Shown here: positions 23,919 to 37,730 of the stretch, piece after piece
How positions within the stretch are numbered: position 1 is the stretch's first letter
Layout: each line of letters starts with the position of its first letter
NCBI GenBank assembly: GCA_964016885.1
Contig: OZ024742.1
Span: 104,780,001-104,844,000 of the forward strand
Length of the DNA: 64,000 nt
Origin: Eledone cirrhosa
Lineage: Eukaryota
Direction: 5' to 3'
Made by a program: the position numbers and the translations under genes
The notes under the pieces: model-generated
What the model was told of the DNA's origin: nothing
Database searches by the model: none
Seen by the model: only the letters and a program-made list of their open reading frames with translations

Positions 23919-26479
23919 TTATTATTATTATTATTTTTCACTGAGGTCAACTTTGCCTTTCAGATTTCTGGAGCTGATAAAATAAAATACCAGTAAAGTA
24001 CTGAGGTTGATTTAATTGACTTTCCTCTTCCCCTGAATTATTGGTCCTGTGCCGAATTTAGAAACCATTATTATTATTGGCAGAATCTGTAGAACTATTG
24101 GACAAAATGATTTGCCTTATTTAGTTACATTCCATTACAGTCTGAGTTTGAAACATACCAAAGTCAAGTGGGGTTGATAAAAGAAAATATCAGTCAAGTA
24201 CAGGGATGGAGTTAATCCTTTTGACACCAAACAGCCTAAAATTGCCCCTGTTTCTATGATACTAAGCTGGTTATTTTAAAATATTTATATTCATCTAAAA
24301 GTCTTCCATCATAATTTTATATAAGAACATCTATTAAGTTATGTTCCAAACACCAGCTTAATAATGAGAAAGTTTAGAAGAAGAAGAAGAAGAAGAAGAA
24401 GAAGAAGAAGAAGAAGAAGAAGAAGAAGAAGAAGAAGAAGAAGAAGAAGAAGAAGAAGAAGACGATGATGATGGTGATGGTGACTAAATCATTTGAAATT
24501 ATATAGGCAATGTCTTTCATTGGAAATATAGTTAAAGGATTGAAGTATTTATATTTATCTAAAAAATCTTTGATCATGATTTTATGTTAGAATCTTAAGT
24601 TATTCTATATTCTAAATACCAGCTTAATAATGAAGAAGTTAGAAATAATCAAGAATTTAGTGGGATTTAGTAATATGACTAAATCATTTGAAATTATATA
24701 GGCAGTGTTATTCATTAGAAATATAGTAAGAAAAGGGTTAATCAACTGTATCCTCCTCCCCAAATGATGGCCTTGTGCCTAAATTGAAAATCATTATCAT
24801 TGTCACTGTTGTTGTCAATGACATTATTATAATCATCGTTGTCATTAGTGTGGTGAATTTATCAAAAACTCAGTTTATGGATTTTCTTCAACTCCTAACA
24901 AAACATCCTTTAATCCCAAACAAATCTCAAACAAATCTCAAACAAATCCCAAACAAACTTCAACTCATCTCTCATCTCTGTCCTCTTTCTAATTATTTAG
25001 CTGCTATCATAATGTTTGTGGTCTTTCTGGATTTTCAAAACTGATCTGTTTTCAAAACTTCTCTTTTTATCAAATCACAAGGACCCATTGTTTCATTGTG
25101 TCATTGGAAATAAATAACTTGTGATATGTGTTTCCACTCTCAGCAGTCTGAGTTTAAAATTTTGGAATGGTCGACTTTACATTTTATCCATCCTTGGTCA
25201 ATAAATAAGGCACTGAACCAATGCAATTAAATGGGGGGGATTATTAGAGCATTGGATGTGATGCTTTTGGGTTTCTATTCTGGCTTTGGGCAGTCAGAAT
25301 ATAAATCCTGCCTTCTGTCACTGTGAAACTGCTGTCATGATAGAACAGGAAACACAATCATTAAAACACCCAAGAAACCTCCAATGAGATGCAACCTCAT
25401 TGGAAGCTGGTTAAATCCATGCAAGTTTGATTAATAATAACAACATTGCTGCAAGCTATATATCAAGATTTCATATAAAAAATCAGATGAGATAAATCTG
25501 TCTTTGGATATGATGCTAGTCTCTTAAAAGTAGTTTTCCCATGCAAGAGAATCTGAACTCATCAATGCAATTTTACTGAAACACGCATGAATTCCAAAGT
25601 GCTGACACAGCCTAGAATGTATAATTATATACGATGGCCCTTCTGTTGTGGTATCTACCTACAGTTAGACAGACTTGGCTATTGGGATTTCAGGGTTTGT
25701 TCATAGACAACACAACACAACACAGTGCAGCCACAGTCAAGTGTAGCAAATTATACATGCAACCTCAACATCTTGTGGTATCTACTTACAGCTAGGCAAA
25801 CTTGTCTGTTGGGAGTTCAGTGGCGAAGACGTCAATATGTATATTATCTTTGAATTCAGATGCCTGATGGTCCCAGTGGACAGAATAGAGAAAGCACTAC
25901 TATGAAAGATAGAAGGTAGATAGCCATTCTATCTTGTGGGGCAACTCCTGTGAGTGGCCAACTCCACAGTGTCTTGACTATAGACACAACACAACACAAT
26001 GCTGGTTATAAGATATGAACTATCAGCCATCCAGTTGAATGTCCTATATGCCACTGTTTCTGTATCTGCCAGCACCATATTTTTACTGTACAGTGAATTA
26101 GCAGAGTTGTTAGAACGTCAGATAGAATGCTCTTTGGTATTCATTCCAACTCAAATCCAGCTGAGGTCAAATTTGCCTCTCATCCTTTTGAGATCAATAA
26201 AAAAAATGTACCAGTCCAGTACTGGGGTCAATTTTCTTTCTCGTTTGCTCTCTCTCATTCTTTCCCTATCTATAAGAAATCAGCTTTGTTCAAACCTACT
26301 GAGAGGATGGGCTCTGCCAAGTTTAAAATACCCGAGATGGTACCCCAATGGCTGACTTTATCAGGGGTTATGGGTCCATACATACATATTTACACCCTTG
26401 ACAAAACCATATTCATTTCTTACTGTTTCCTCTTCAGAATGGTTGCATATTTCTGAGATAATATGATTGAGAATGATAG

Positions 26480-27300
26480 TGAGGTTAATTGATGATAGTG
26501 ATCATCATCATCATCATCATCATTGCAATCCTCCTCCTCCTCCTCATCATGATCACTTTCCTTGCAATCTTCCTCTTCATCATCACCAATCTTTGCAATC
26601 CTCTTCCCCACCATCATCATTGTCAACATCAACTACCATACATCATAGCAATCATCATGATTGTCAATGTTATAGTCATAGCAATCATCATGATTGTCAA
26701 TGTCATAGTCATAACTCCCACCATCTCCCATCACTACCATCACCCACTCCCTACACATGCTGCATCACCATCGGGTAGCTGAGTCTGCACTGCCTATATC
26801 TGGCACCTGTCCAAGAGCATACCCACCAGGGGTATAAAACTAGGTCAGTACTATGCAGTGGGTGGGGTAACCTTTTGTGAGTTTTAACATATTTAATTGG
26901 CTTCAGCAGGTTTTTTTGGCATGGCGCCCTCTCTCAGCATCTGCCGCTTTATAAGGGTAGCAACTTTTGTAATGGTTAATGTTCTACTTTTCAAAGTATT
27001 CATCATCATTCTCATCATCATGAACCCTTGCTGTCACTGTCACCACCACCATCACCATCACCATCACATCAAAATTATCATCACCATCACCATCACCATC
27101 ACATCATGATCATCATCGCATCTTAATCATCATCACCATCCTCGTTACATCACCATCCCCATTACATCACAATCATCATCACCATCACATCATAATGATC
27201 ACCATCACCATTACATCATCATCATCATCATTTATCATTGCCACCATCACCAACATTATCATTACATCACAATCATCATTATCATCATCATCCCCATTAT
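26480..27300. repeat. (CAT)n-rich low-complexity tracts
   Basis: Direct reading; source of the His/Ile-rich spurious ORFs. Confidence 0.85.
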
Positions 27301-27307
27301 CTCCTAC

Positions 27308-27462
27308 ACCATGCTTTCCAGCATAGTTACGTCCCTTTACAGTCTGAGTTCAAAGCCCGCCGAGGTTTACTTTGCCTTTCATCCTTACGGGGTCGAAAAA
27401 ATAAAGTACCAGTAATGTACTGGGTAATTGCTGGCCTTGGCCTTGTGCCAAAAGTAGAAACA
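27308..27462 (+). mobile_element. Family B SINE, 5'-truncated, with TSD
   Basis: TSD ATTATCTCCTAC at 27296-27307 and 27463-27474. Confidence 0.85.
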
Positions 27463-27581
27463 ATTATCTCCTACTGTAGTTGATGCCACCCCACCTTACC
27501 AATATCATTATGTGGTAATCATTGTCATCACAACCACAACTATTGTATCATCATCGTTAGTATTGTCCTTGTTATAATAAT

Positions 27582-27770
27582 TGTTTCTACTTTAGGCACA
27601 AGGCCAGCAATCACCCAGTGCATTACTGGTACTTTATTTTATCGACCCCGTAAGGATGAAAGGCAAAGTTAACCTCGGCGGGATTTGAACTCCGACTGTA
27701 AAGGGACGTAACTATGCTAGAAAGCATGGCGTCCAACCCTCTACCGATACTGCCAATCCACCGCCATGTT
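27582..27770 (-). mobile_element. Full-length family B SINE with TSD
   Basis: TSD CTTGTTATAATAAT at 27568-27581 and 27771-27784. Confidence 0.9.
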
Positions 27771-27914
27771 CTTGTTATAATAATAATCATTAATGTCATC
27801 CTCATCATAATCACTTGCATCCTCCTACACCTCCTCAGTACATGACTGGTACTTTATTTCATTAATCCCAGAAAGATGAAAGGGATAGTTTACCTCAGCA
27901 GGATTTGAACATTA

Positions 27915-28097
27915 ATAATTCTTTCTACTTTTGGCACAAGGCCAGCAATTATCCCAGTGTATTACTGGTACTTTACTTTATCAACCCTGTAAGGATGAAA
28001 GGCAAAGTTAACCTCGGCGGGATTTGAACACAGACCGTAAAGGGACGTAACTCTATGCTGCAAAGCATGGAATCCAACCCTCTACTGATACTGCCAA
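27915..28097 (-). mobile_element. Family B SINE (an older relative follows at about 28110-28280)
   Basis: Reverse-complement match to the family B body. Confidence 0.85.
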
Positions 28098-28299
28098 TAA
28101 TAATAATTATTATTCCTATTACAGGTACAAGGCCAGCAATTGGGGGGGGGGGGGGGTTGATTAAAAAGTGCATTACTGGTGCTTTATTTTATCGTAAGGA
28201 TGAAAGACGAAGATAACCTTGGCAGGATTTTAACTAAGAGCGTAAAGGGCCATAACACCATGCTGCAAAGCATGTTGTCAATAATGATATTTGCTCATA

Positions 28300-28870
28300 A
28301 ATTCAGTCAAGCCATAAAATTGAGTATGGCCTAGACAAAAGGAGCCAAGCTACTATATGATGAGGTAAATTAAATCTATCAGAAACATTAAATTTGATAA
28401 AGATACCAAAGTCAGATAATTAGACCAGAACAGCTCATACAAATACTTAGTAGGAGGTGAAACAGATAAATTAGCAGTAGCTCTAACATAGCATGGTTCA
28501 TAATAGGGGTGTATATGAAAGAATCTACAATATGTTTATGTATAATACACATGTGAGAGTCTCATTATGAATGTTTTAAGCTGTGATTGTGTCGCAGCTA
28601 GCTCAGTAGCAGTGAGAATGCCAGGCAGTTGTTTCTGTATTTTTCTCCTTCATTGATGACATTTATTTACCCAGTACTGAGACAAGAATAGGCTAAAGCC
28701 TATATGGTTTTTGTATATGAAACATTGGCTGGAGAAGCTTATTTAAGATACAACATAGAAATGAAGGAGAAAATTTAAAGAGTAAAATTAGTATTAAAAG
28801 CTGAAACCCATGCTATAAATACACTAGCTATCCCAGTAATAAACTACAGCTTTAACATAATAAATAAGAG
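28300..28870 (+). pseudogene. Degenerate non-LTR reverse-transcriptase remnant (R4/Dong-like)
   Basis: Broken frames give EYGLDK..., NIKFDKDTKVR*LDQNSSYKYL and HAINTLAIPVINYSFNIIN, resembling the FGLDKC / YKYLG / AINT.A.PV..YS motifs of that group. Confidence 0.55.
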
Positions 28871-29497
28871 TTTAAATCAGTTGAAGAGCATAGACCAGTG
28901 ATTCACAAATTGTTTTTACATGGCACATTTCTGAAAAAGTAAAAATATGCTGGCACACTTTGTACGATAAATTCAAAAATTTATTTAATAGCACAACCCA
29001 ACCAATGTTCTATAGCACACAACACGTACTCTAAATAATTACCACAATAAAATTCAACTCATTCAAAAATAACAAAGCACAGACAGGCACTTCACCAAGC
29101 TTTAGTGCTTGAGGAGAGAGAGATAGGGCTTCAGAATCTTTTGTATGTACACTCTAATTCACAATAATTCTAAGGTAAAATCATATCACCATAAATCTGA
29201 TGGCACACCATGCCATCCTGTGGCATCTAGTAACTTCCTTGGCAACAAGCCCAAGCACATATGAAAGGAAACAAACTACCATAGTCCACATGACAAGTAG
29301 GAAATAAGATAAGGTAAAAGGGCTTTAATTCTGGAGGGAGTCATAGGAAGCTGGTCCTTACACACTGTTTGTGTTAGGTGCTTTAAGTATAAGGAAAGGA
29401 CATCCTCTCCAAGTTAAAACACAGCTGATTTCTTATTATTGAAAGAGGGGGAGATGGAGGAGAGACAGAGAGGAAGAGAGAAGAAGAGAGACAGAGG

Positions 29498-29592
<95 letters not shown>

Positions 29593-29837
29593 GGGGGAGA
29601 GAGAGAGAGAATCGACTCTAGTACTAGAATAGTACAGTTTATTAACCTGGAAAGGGTGAGAAATAAAGTTGACCTGAGTGAGATGTTAACTGCAGGGAGC
29701 AGGAACAAACATGGAAGTAGTTTTAATGATCTTAAAGCACTGCCAATTTACCACCTTACACAACAACGAGATGAAGTACTAAACTAATACCAGAAATAAC
29801 GAAGACACCCAACAACAGATAGTATATATATATATAT

Positions 29838-30021
29838 ATCATCATCATCGTTTAACATCCATCTTCCACGCTTGCATGGGTTTGGACGGGAGTTTTCCCA
29901 CCTGAGGCAAGATTGGTTGTCCTGCTCGCATAGGACTGTCTGGTGGGTTTTCTACGGCTGGATGCCCTTCCTAACACCAACCACGTTTACAGTGTGGACT
30001 GGGAGGTGTTTACCGTGTTAC

Positions 30022-30022
<1 letters not shown>
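29838..30022 (-). mobile_element. RTE 3'-UTR fragment inserted in (TA)n (close copy at 60920-61091)
   Basis: CATCATCGTTTAACATCCATCTTCCACGCTTGCATGGG...GGATGCCCTTCCTAACACCAACC. Confidence 0.8.
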
Positions 30023-31100
<1,078 letters not shown>

Positions 31101-31699
31101 TAGATACATACATTCATACTACATTCATACATACAAGCATATATGCATACTTTTGTATGCATATATATGTACATACATAATTATATATATATATATATAT
31201 ACATTCACATACATTTTCACATGTATGCACATATAAGGACATACACACATATAGACAATACCTACACATACACACACACACAATCAGACACACATAAAAG
31301 ACAACAAATACATACATACATTACAGAGTTACATCTGCTCACATACAAAATAGAATTACATTTGCACACACTGACACTTAGACATGTACACATAGAAGAT
31401 TAAAAACCTTCATACAAAGTTACACACACACACAGAAAATACAACAAATGCACACACACACAAAACAGATACGCATGTACACACAAACTCACACAGAAGA
31501 TAAGACATACAGAGTGACTTCTGCACATACACACACAGGCATTAATTTCCCCCATCCATGCCTATATACCCACATATATTCATACAGTGCTTATGCACAA
31601 ACACACACATGCTCATAAATGAATATGTATACACACTCATGAAACACATAGATAAATGTGCATATACCTGTACAAATTTCTATATATACACGCAAATAC

Positions 31700-32276
31700 A
31701 TGTGGTTGTGTAAGTGTCAAGACAAAAAGCACCCAGCCCCAACTGTAAAGAGGTTGTGTAGGTGTCATGACAAAAAGCACCCAGCCCCTACTGTAAAGTG
31801 GTTGTGTAGGTGTCACGACAAAAAGCACCCAGCCCCTACTGTAAAGTGGTTGTGTAGGTGTCACGACAAAAAGCACCCAGCCTCTACTGTAAAGTGGTTG
31901 TGTAGGTGTCACGACAAAAAGCACCCAGCCCCTACTGTAAAGTGGTTGTGTAGGTGTCATGACAAAAAGCACCCAGCCCCTACTGTAAAGTGGTTGTGTA
32001 GGTGTCACGACAAAATGCACCCAGCCTCTACTGTAAAGTGGTTGTGTAGGTCTCATGACAAAAAGCACCCAGCCCATACGGTAAAGTGATCGTGTAGGTG
32101 TCACAACAAAAGCACCCAGTACTCACTGTAAATGCGGTTGACATTAGGAAAGGCATCCAGCTGTAGAAACCAAGCCAAAATCAGTTCTGTATGAGCAAGA
32201 CATCATCAACTGACCTGACATTGCTCACAACAGGACAACTCGTCTAACCCATGCTAGTGATGATGATGATGATGAT
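31700..32276 (+). repeat. RTE 3'-UTR fragment with a 48-bp unit expanded to about 9 tandem copies
   Basis: Unit CTGTAAAGTGGTTGTGTAGGTGTCACGACAAAAAGCACCCAGCCCCTA recurs at 31743, 31791, 31839, 31887, 31935, 31983, 32031 and 32079, then the standard tail and (GAT)n. Confidence 0.9.
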
Positions 32277-32285
32277 ATATATATA

Positions 32286-33660
32286 TCTATACTATAAAGC
32301 TGACGGTATGTAGGTAAAAACTTTCCGCCAATCGGCTGGACCAAACAGCACCAAATTTGCACCATAGATGTAACTTTTTCCAAGTAAAAAAGTGAGGGTA
32401 TTTTTGTGTACTGAATTTTGTTAAAAGATTAAAGACATTATTTAAATATTCACTTCTTTAAAATTTCAAATGTCAACACTTCCGGTTATACGTCATTCCT
32501 CACTTTTTCTTCTGATGTTGCACAACATTCCCCCCTTTTTCTTAGTCTGTATGTCTGGCTGTCTGCATTAGATAACGTTTTTCGAAATATTTACTTCTGC
32601 GTTCACAGACTGATTTTTAAGTTTCAGAAGATCCCGTTAAGGGTGAAAGCAGCGATTCTTTGCTTAAACTTTAATCTGTTATTTTATTATATATATTCGT
32701 GTACAGATATTTCTGCATACACAAAAACAAAAACCTATTTATTTCACGAAAGCACAGACGGCTTATCGTTATTGTTACTGTTTGAGGTTAGAGGACCACA
32801 GTCTTTCCAAGATCTGAGAACCATCAATGGCCATTAATGTTCCACTTACCGTTTGGCTTGCCAGATGCGTGGTATGTTACACGATGACAGTCATTGGCAC
32901 CTCACCCTGCAAGAAGCAGCAACTGCTAAAGTCCCTTCTCAGCTGCGAAAACCTTTTGCTATTATGCTGCACAACTGCAATCTCACCGACCATCTCGCAA
33001 TGTGGAACAACCACTGCGAAAGTCTAGCTGAGGACATCCTCCACCGCACACGCAGATACAATCCAAACATAACATATAATGTGTTTTCAATGAGGCGCTC
33101 ATTTGTCTTGAAAACAGTGTCCTGGAGATTGGTGGTAGGCCTCTAAGTCACTACAGCTTACCTGCTCCTGACAGGAGTGTCCAGAGGTCAACGTCTACAG
33201 AGCTTCTCTGCGAGACGAGCTACGAGATCAGTGATTCTCCTATGGTCAATTGTATATAGGATGCTCTAGGGTTAGCTCACCAAACAATCTCTTCATCCTT
33301 GCTCCGGATGGCTGAACAAAAAATATTGTATACTCTGAGGCTCTAACAATGTAATTTAAATATTTTCTGTTACTTGGAATTTCCATTATGGTTGTACAAA
33401 TTATTGTTTCTTAAAAAATTTGTTCTCTGTTCAGCCTTTATTGTTGTAACTATCAATTTTCTTTAACATACTGGCTGCTGAACTGGAGAATTCTAAAACT
33501 ATTCAAACCCAACACAAAAGCACGTTAACCCCCCCCCCCCCCCCCACCCTCGCTGACTTGAGAGGGCATGCGGTATCTTTGCACTAGAGTGTAGGAGGGA
33601 TTCCTGAAAAGATAAAATGCCAGTATACCTAGCCTGGCGCCAGCCGGACGGACCAGCTAG
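32286..33660 (+). mobile_element. Non-autonomous Helitron with intact termini and an internal RepHel fragment
   Basis: A|TCTATACTATAAAG 5' end; GC-rich hairpin (33632-33649) then CTAG|T 3' end; 32770-33075 encodes LLLFEVRGPQSFQDLRTING / ACQMRGMLHDDSHWHLTLQEAA...QLRKPFAIML...LAEDIL, typical of the Helitron RepHel segment upstream of the PIF1 helicase. Confidence 0.85.
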
Positions 33661-33705
33661 TGTATATATATATATATAAAATAGAGGTTTATATGAAAAC
33701 ATATA

Positions 33706-33895
33706 TAATTGTTTCTACTTTTGGCACAAGGCCAGCAATTATCCCAGTGCATTACTGGTACTTTATTCCATCGACCCCGTAAGGATGAAAGGCAAAGTTA
33801 ACCTCAGCGACAGTTAACTCATAATGTAAAGGGCCATAACTCTTTGCTGCAAAGTATGGCGTTCGGTGCTCTACCGATACTGCTAATCCACTGCC
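33706..33895 (-). mobile_element. Family B SINE
   Basis: Reverse-complement match to 8345-8531. Confidence 0.85.
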
Positions 33896-34218
33896 TTTTT
33901 ATACAATAAACATATGGAGCACCTCACTGCTGAAGAAAAATATATCTTTTCTACAAAGAAAGAAAACATTTTTTTATTTTTCTCTATTTTCCGCAGTGAA
34001 TATATCTCTGAGTTGTTAGTATGTTCTGAGAATGTTAGACAGCTGTTTGAAGATTTGTTAATCTTTCATAACAATTATATATATTTATGTATGGGTTCAA
34101 TATTATACAATGCCACCCTTATGCACAAAATTGCATTGCCCAGGGAGTGGTTGATGAGGAAGTTGGCTGTTTATTATTCTCACATAATTTGTTTTCTTTT
34201 TCATGTGCAACTTTGCTA

Positions 34219-34273
<55 letters not shown>

Positions 34274-37215
34274 ATAAACATATAAAGGCAAAGAATATAC
34301 GTGTGTGTGTGTGTGTGTATATATATATTTTAGTCACATCATCATCATATAATAATGATTTTGCATGCATACCTTCAACTACATATTCAGAAAAGCATTT
34401 AAACACATACAGCACATGCACACACACACTGAGTGGCACATACCCCCGACAGCTATATTTCATTATACCCCATAGTTAATTATAATTATATCCGAGAATG
34501 TCATTACCACTTCCTTTTTAGTGAAATTAACTTATTAATTCTGAACAGATGTCCAAATAGTGCAAAACTCTAGATGAAATGATGACAGCATGTGTGTGTG
34601 TGTGTGTGAGAGAGAGAGTGTGTGAGAGAGTGTGTGAGAGAGTGTGTGTGTGTGTGAGAGAGAGTGTGTGAGAGTGTGTGTGTGTGTTGGAAGAGTACGT
34701 AACAATTGTGATAAAGAATTTTCTCCACATTGCAGAACCTGAAGAGCAGTTAATTTGCTGAAATGATATGACACTGGTGTCATTGTTAGTATTTCATTGA
34801 GATGGCGGATTGACAGAATTGGTAGAGCTTCAGATAAAATGATATTGTGGCATTTGTTCTGGTTTTTTACTTTCTGAGTTCAAATCACGCTGAGGTCAAC
34901 TTTGCCTTTCAGCCTTCTGGGGTTGATGAAATGAAGTACCAATCAAGTACTGGGGTTGATTAATTTAATTAACTTTGCCCTTCCCCTAAATTTACTAACT
35001 TTGTGCCTAAATTAGAAAACAATAATATTTCATCTATTCTGCCAGACATCCTAAGAAGTGACTTAACCAAATCTTTCCATGGAATGGATCTTCATCAGTT
35101 GTTCAATCAATGGAATGACCTGCTCAGCTCATGAAATTAACATCTAAGTGACCAAGCATTCTATCGATTCGTGTAGCCTAAATGCAATACTCAGGGAGAT
35201 TCTGCATGAAATAATGTGTGACAAGGCTGGTTCTTTGAATTACAGATACAAAAAGTTTCTATTTAGTTTCTCTCACAAGGCATGGCTCAACCCAAGGCTA
35301 TGACAAATGATACTTGTCAAAGATCCATGCAGTCGGGACGAACCTAAGATCTAATAATTTTAAAGCAAATTCCTTAACAATTTGGCCATGCTGTATCCAA
35401 ATATTGTCATATATCCATAGATACCATTCACTCACAGTACATTGCAACCAGCATTACACATCAATTCAAATCTCATTTCTATTCTAGTTCAGTTGGTTCT
35501 CCTGTATGCATTTAACCCTTTTATTACTATATTTCTAATAAAATATACAGCCTATATTTTTCAATTAATAAAAAAAAAGAGTTATCATGAAAGAGTTATC
35601 AAATAGAGTTATCATGAAAGATAAGGATAAAGATTTTAAAATGAGCAGTTTTGTATCATAAATTCAGGTTGGTTTCAGGGGTTTTGGTATCAAAATTTTG
35701 ATACTTTTCTAAGGAAATACACTGCATGTGTGTTTCAATACTTGTTTTTATCATGACATTAGTAAGAAAAGGAAGGGTAGCATCCATGGATTTTCAGGGC
35801 CTCCAACACTGATGAGACGAAAGTAGGAAGTTATGCTTAGTGTAGGTCTCTGTTAATGTCACTCAAGGGTCAAATGATGCTGTTAAACAAAATTATAAAT
35901 CAAGTTTACCACCAAAATTTTTGAAACATATCAAGAATTGGGAAGGATTTTCTAAAACTAAATTTCCCATTATGATTCAGCTGTTGTTTAGAATGTAACA
36001 TAACAAAAGGTTATTACATAAAAATATGATGGAAGGCTTTAATTCAAATAAGATGTCAAAATAGCCAGTTTTGTATCATAGGGCTAGGGTGGTTTAAGTT
36101 GGATTGCTTTCAAAAGTATTAATGTTCAGCTGCTCTTTCAGCAAGCATTTTATCATTCTTTAATGCAAGTTAACATTACACATCTAATGGATTATTATCA
36201 CCCCACTTCTCACAAGTCTCCACATACAATGAACATATCTTGCTACCATGCAGTCAAACACTGTCTGTCTTTGTCACAAAGGGAAACATGCCATTAGAGG
36301 CAAGAAGTCAGTCCCTGCAACTATACCTTAGATACTGTCACCTCCCACACTAAATAAATCCCCTAGGTAACAAAACAAAACAAAAACGACATCTAGTAAG
36401 CAGCCTGGGAATTCTGTGGATTTCATTTTAAGGAGGCTTCTACTGCAGGCTACTCATGTACACACAACACACACAAATATAACATTTTTATGGAACATTA
36501 ACAAACACGTTCCTGCCAATGCAAATGGTGTCAAATGCAAAGCAAAAGCATGGAGATAAACAAACCCACATGCATGCGTGTGCACTCACACTCACACACA
36601 CACACGCGTGTGTGTAGGTGCATTGCCTAGTGATTAGGGTGCTTGGCTCATGATCACAAGGTTGCTAGTTTGAATCCAAATGGCACATTGTGTCCTTGAG
36701 CAAGTCACTTTATTCATGTTGTACCAGTCCACACATATAGTTAAAAATCATTTGAACCTGCAATTCAAAGGACCAACATTGACACACACAGTGCTATGCT
36801 ATCTCCCTAAGTATTATATCAAGGGTTCACATGTCTATGGAATGTTTAGCCTCTAAGAAGAATGTTAAGTATGATGTCAAAGATTTATGACAAGTGTGGT
36901 GGGATTCAACAGGGTGATGAGTAGAAAGGGATGGGAATAATCTCCAATAGTGCAGTTGGGTTATACATACATATATATATATATGTATATATATGTAAAA
37001 GGTGAACAGAAATAACAACACAATCAGTACAGTATATGAAAGGAATATATTAGTTTAATGCCTGAAATAGCAGGAACAGGGTCTTAATGTTTTGGATGCT
37101 AGTCCAAGAATGAGAAATTAGAAAGATTGGAGGGGATGGGCAGGATGGAATGGAAATAACGTTTTTTGAGAAAAATAACAAGTCCATTCATGTTGATATA
37201 TATATATATATATAT

Positions 37216-37540
37216 GGAGGCACATGGCCTAGTGGTTAGAGCATTGGGCTTGCAATCGAAAGGTTGTGAGTTCAATTCTCAGACCGGGTGATGTGTTGTT
37301 TCCTTGAGCAAGACACTTTATTTCACATTGCTCCAGTTTACTCAGCTGTAGAAATGAGATGATAGAGACTGGGGTCCATATCATTCCACTGCAAAGTGGT
37401 CGTGGAGGTGCCACGGCAAAAAAGCACCCAGCACTCACTGTAAATGAGGTTGGTGTTAGGAAGGGCATCCAGCTGTAGAAATCAAGCTAGTTAGTTCCCG
37501 TCCCACCCTTGCAAGCATAGAAAAGTGGATGTAAAATGAT
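37216..37540 (+). mobile_element. Full-length CORE-type tRNA-SINE with RTE-derived tail
   Basis: A box TGGCCTAGTGG, B box GAGTTCAATTC, CORE-like CCTTGAGCAAGACACTT...CAGTTTACTCAGCTGTAGAAATG, then a tail shared with the RTE 3' UTR. Confidence 0.85.
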
Positions 37541-37730
37541 TTATATTATATTATATATATATGTATGTAGTACATATGCATATATATATATATATATATT
37601 AACATACATATATATATATAAACATACACATATATATACATATATATTAACATACATATATATATATATATACACATATATATTAATATACATATATATA
37701 CATATATATTAACACATATATATATATATT

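Noticed and set aside
31637-32104. Repeat-protein ORFs or CRISPR-like 48-bp array
   Set aside because: No spacers; the unit is part of the RTE/SINE 3' UTR found throughout the window.
35800-35850. CTGATGA-GAC-GAAA hammerhead-like core
   Set aside because: No stem II, and the only complementary downstream segment overlaps the core, so stem I cannot form.
37216-37290. tRNA gene (TGC anticodon-like loop)
   Set aside because: A and B boxes are present but there is no proper acceptor stem, and the sequence continues into a SINE body in three copies.
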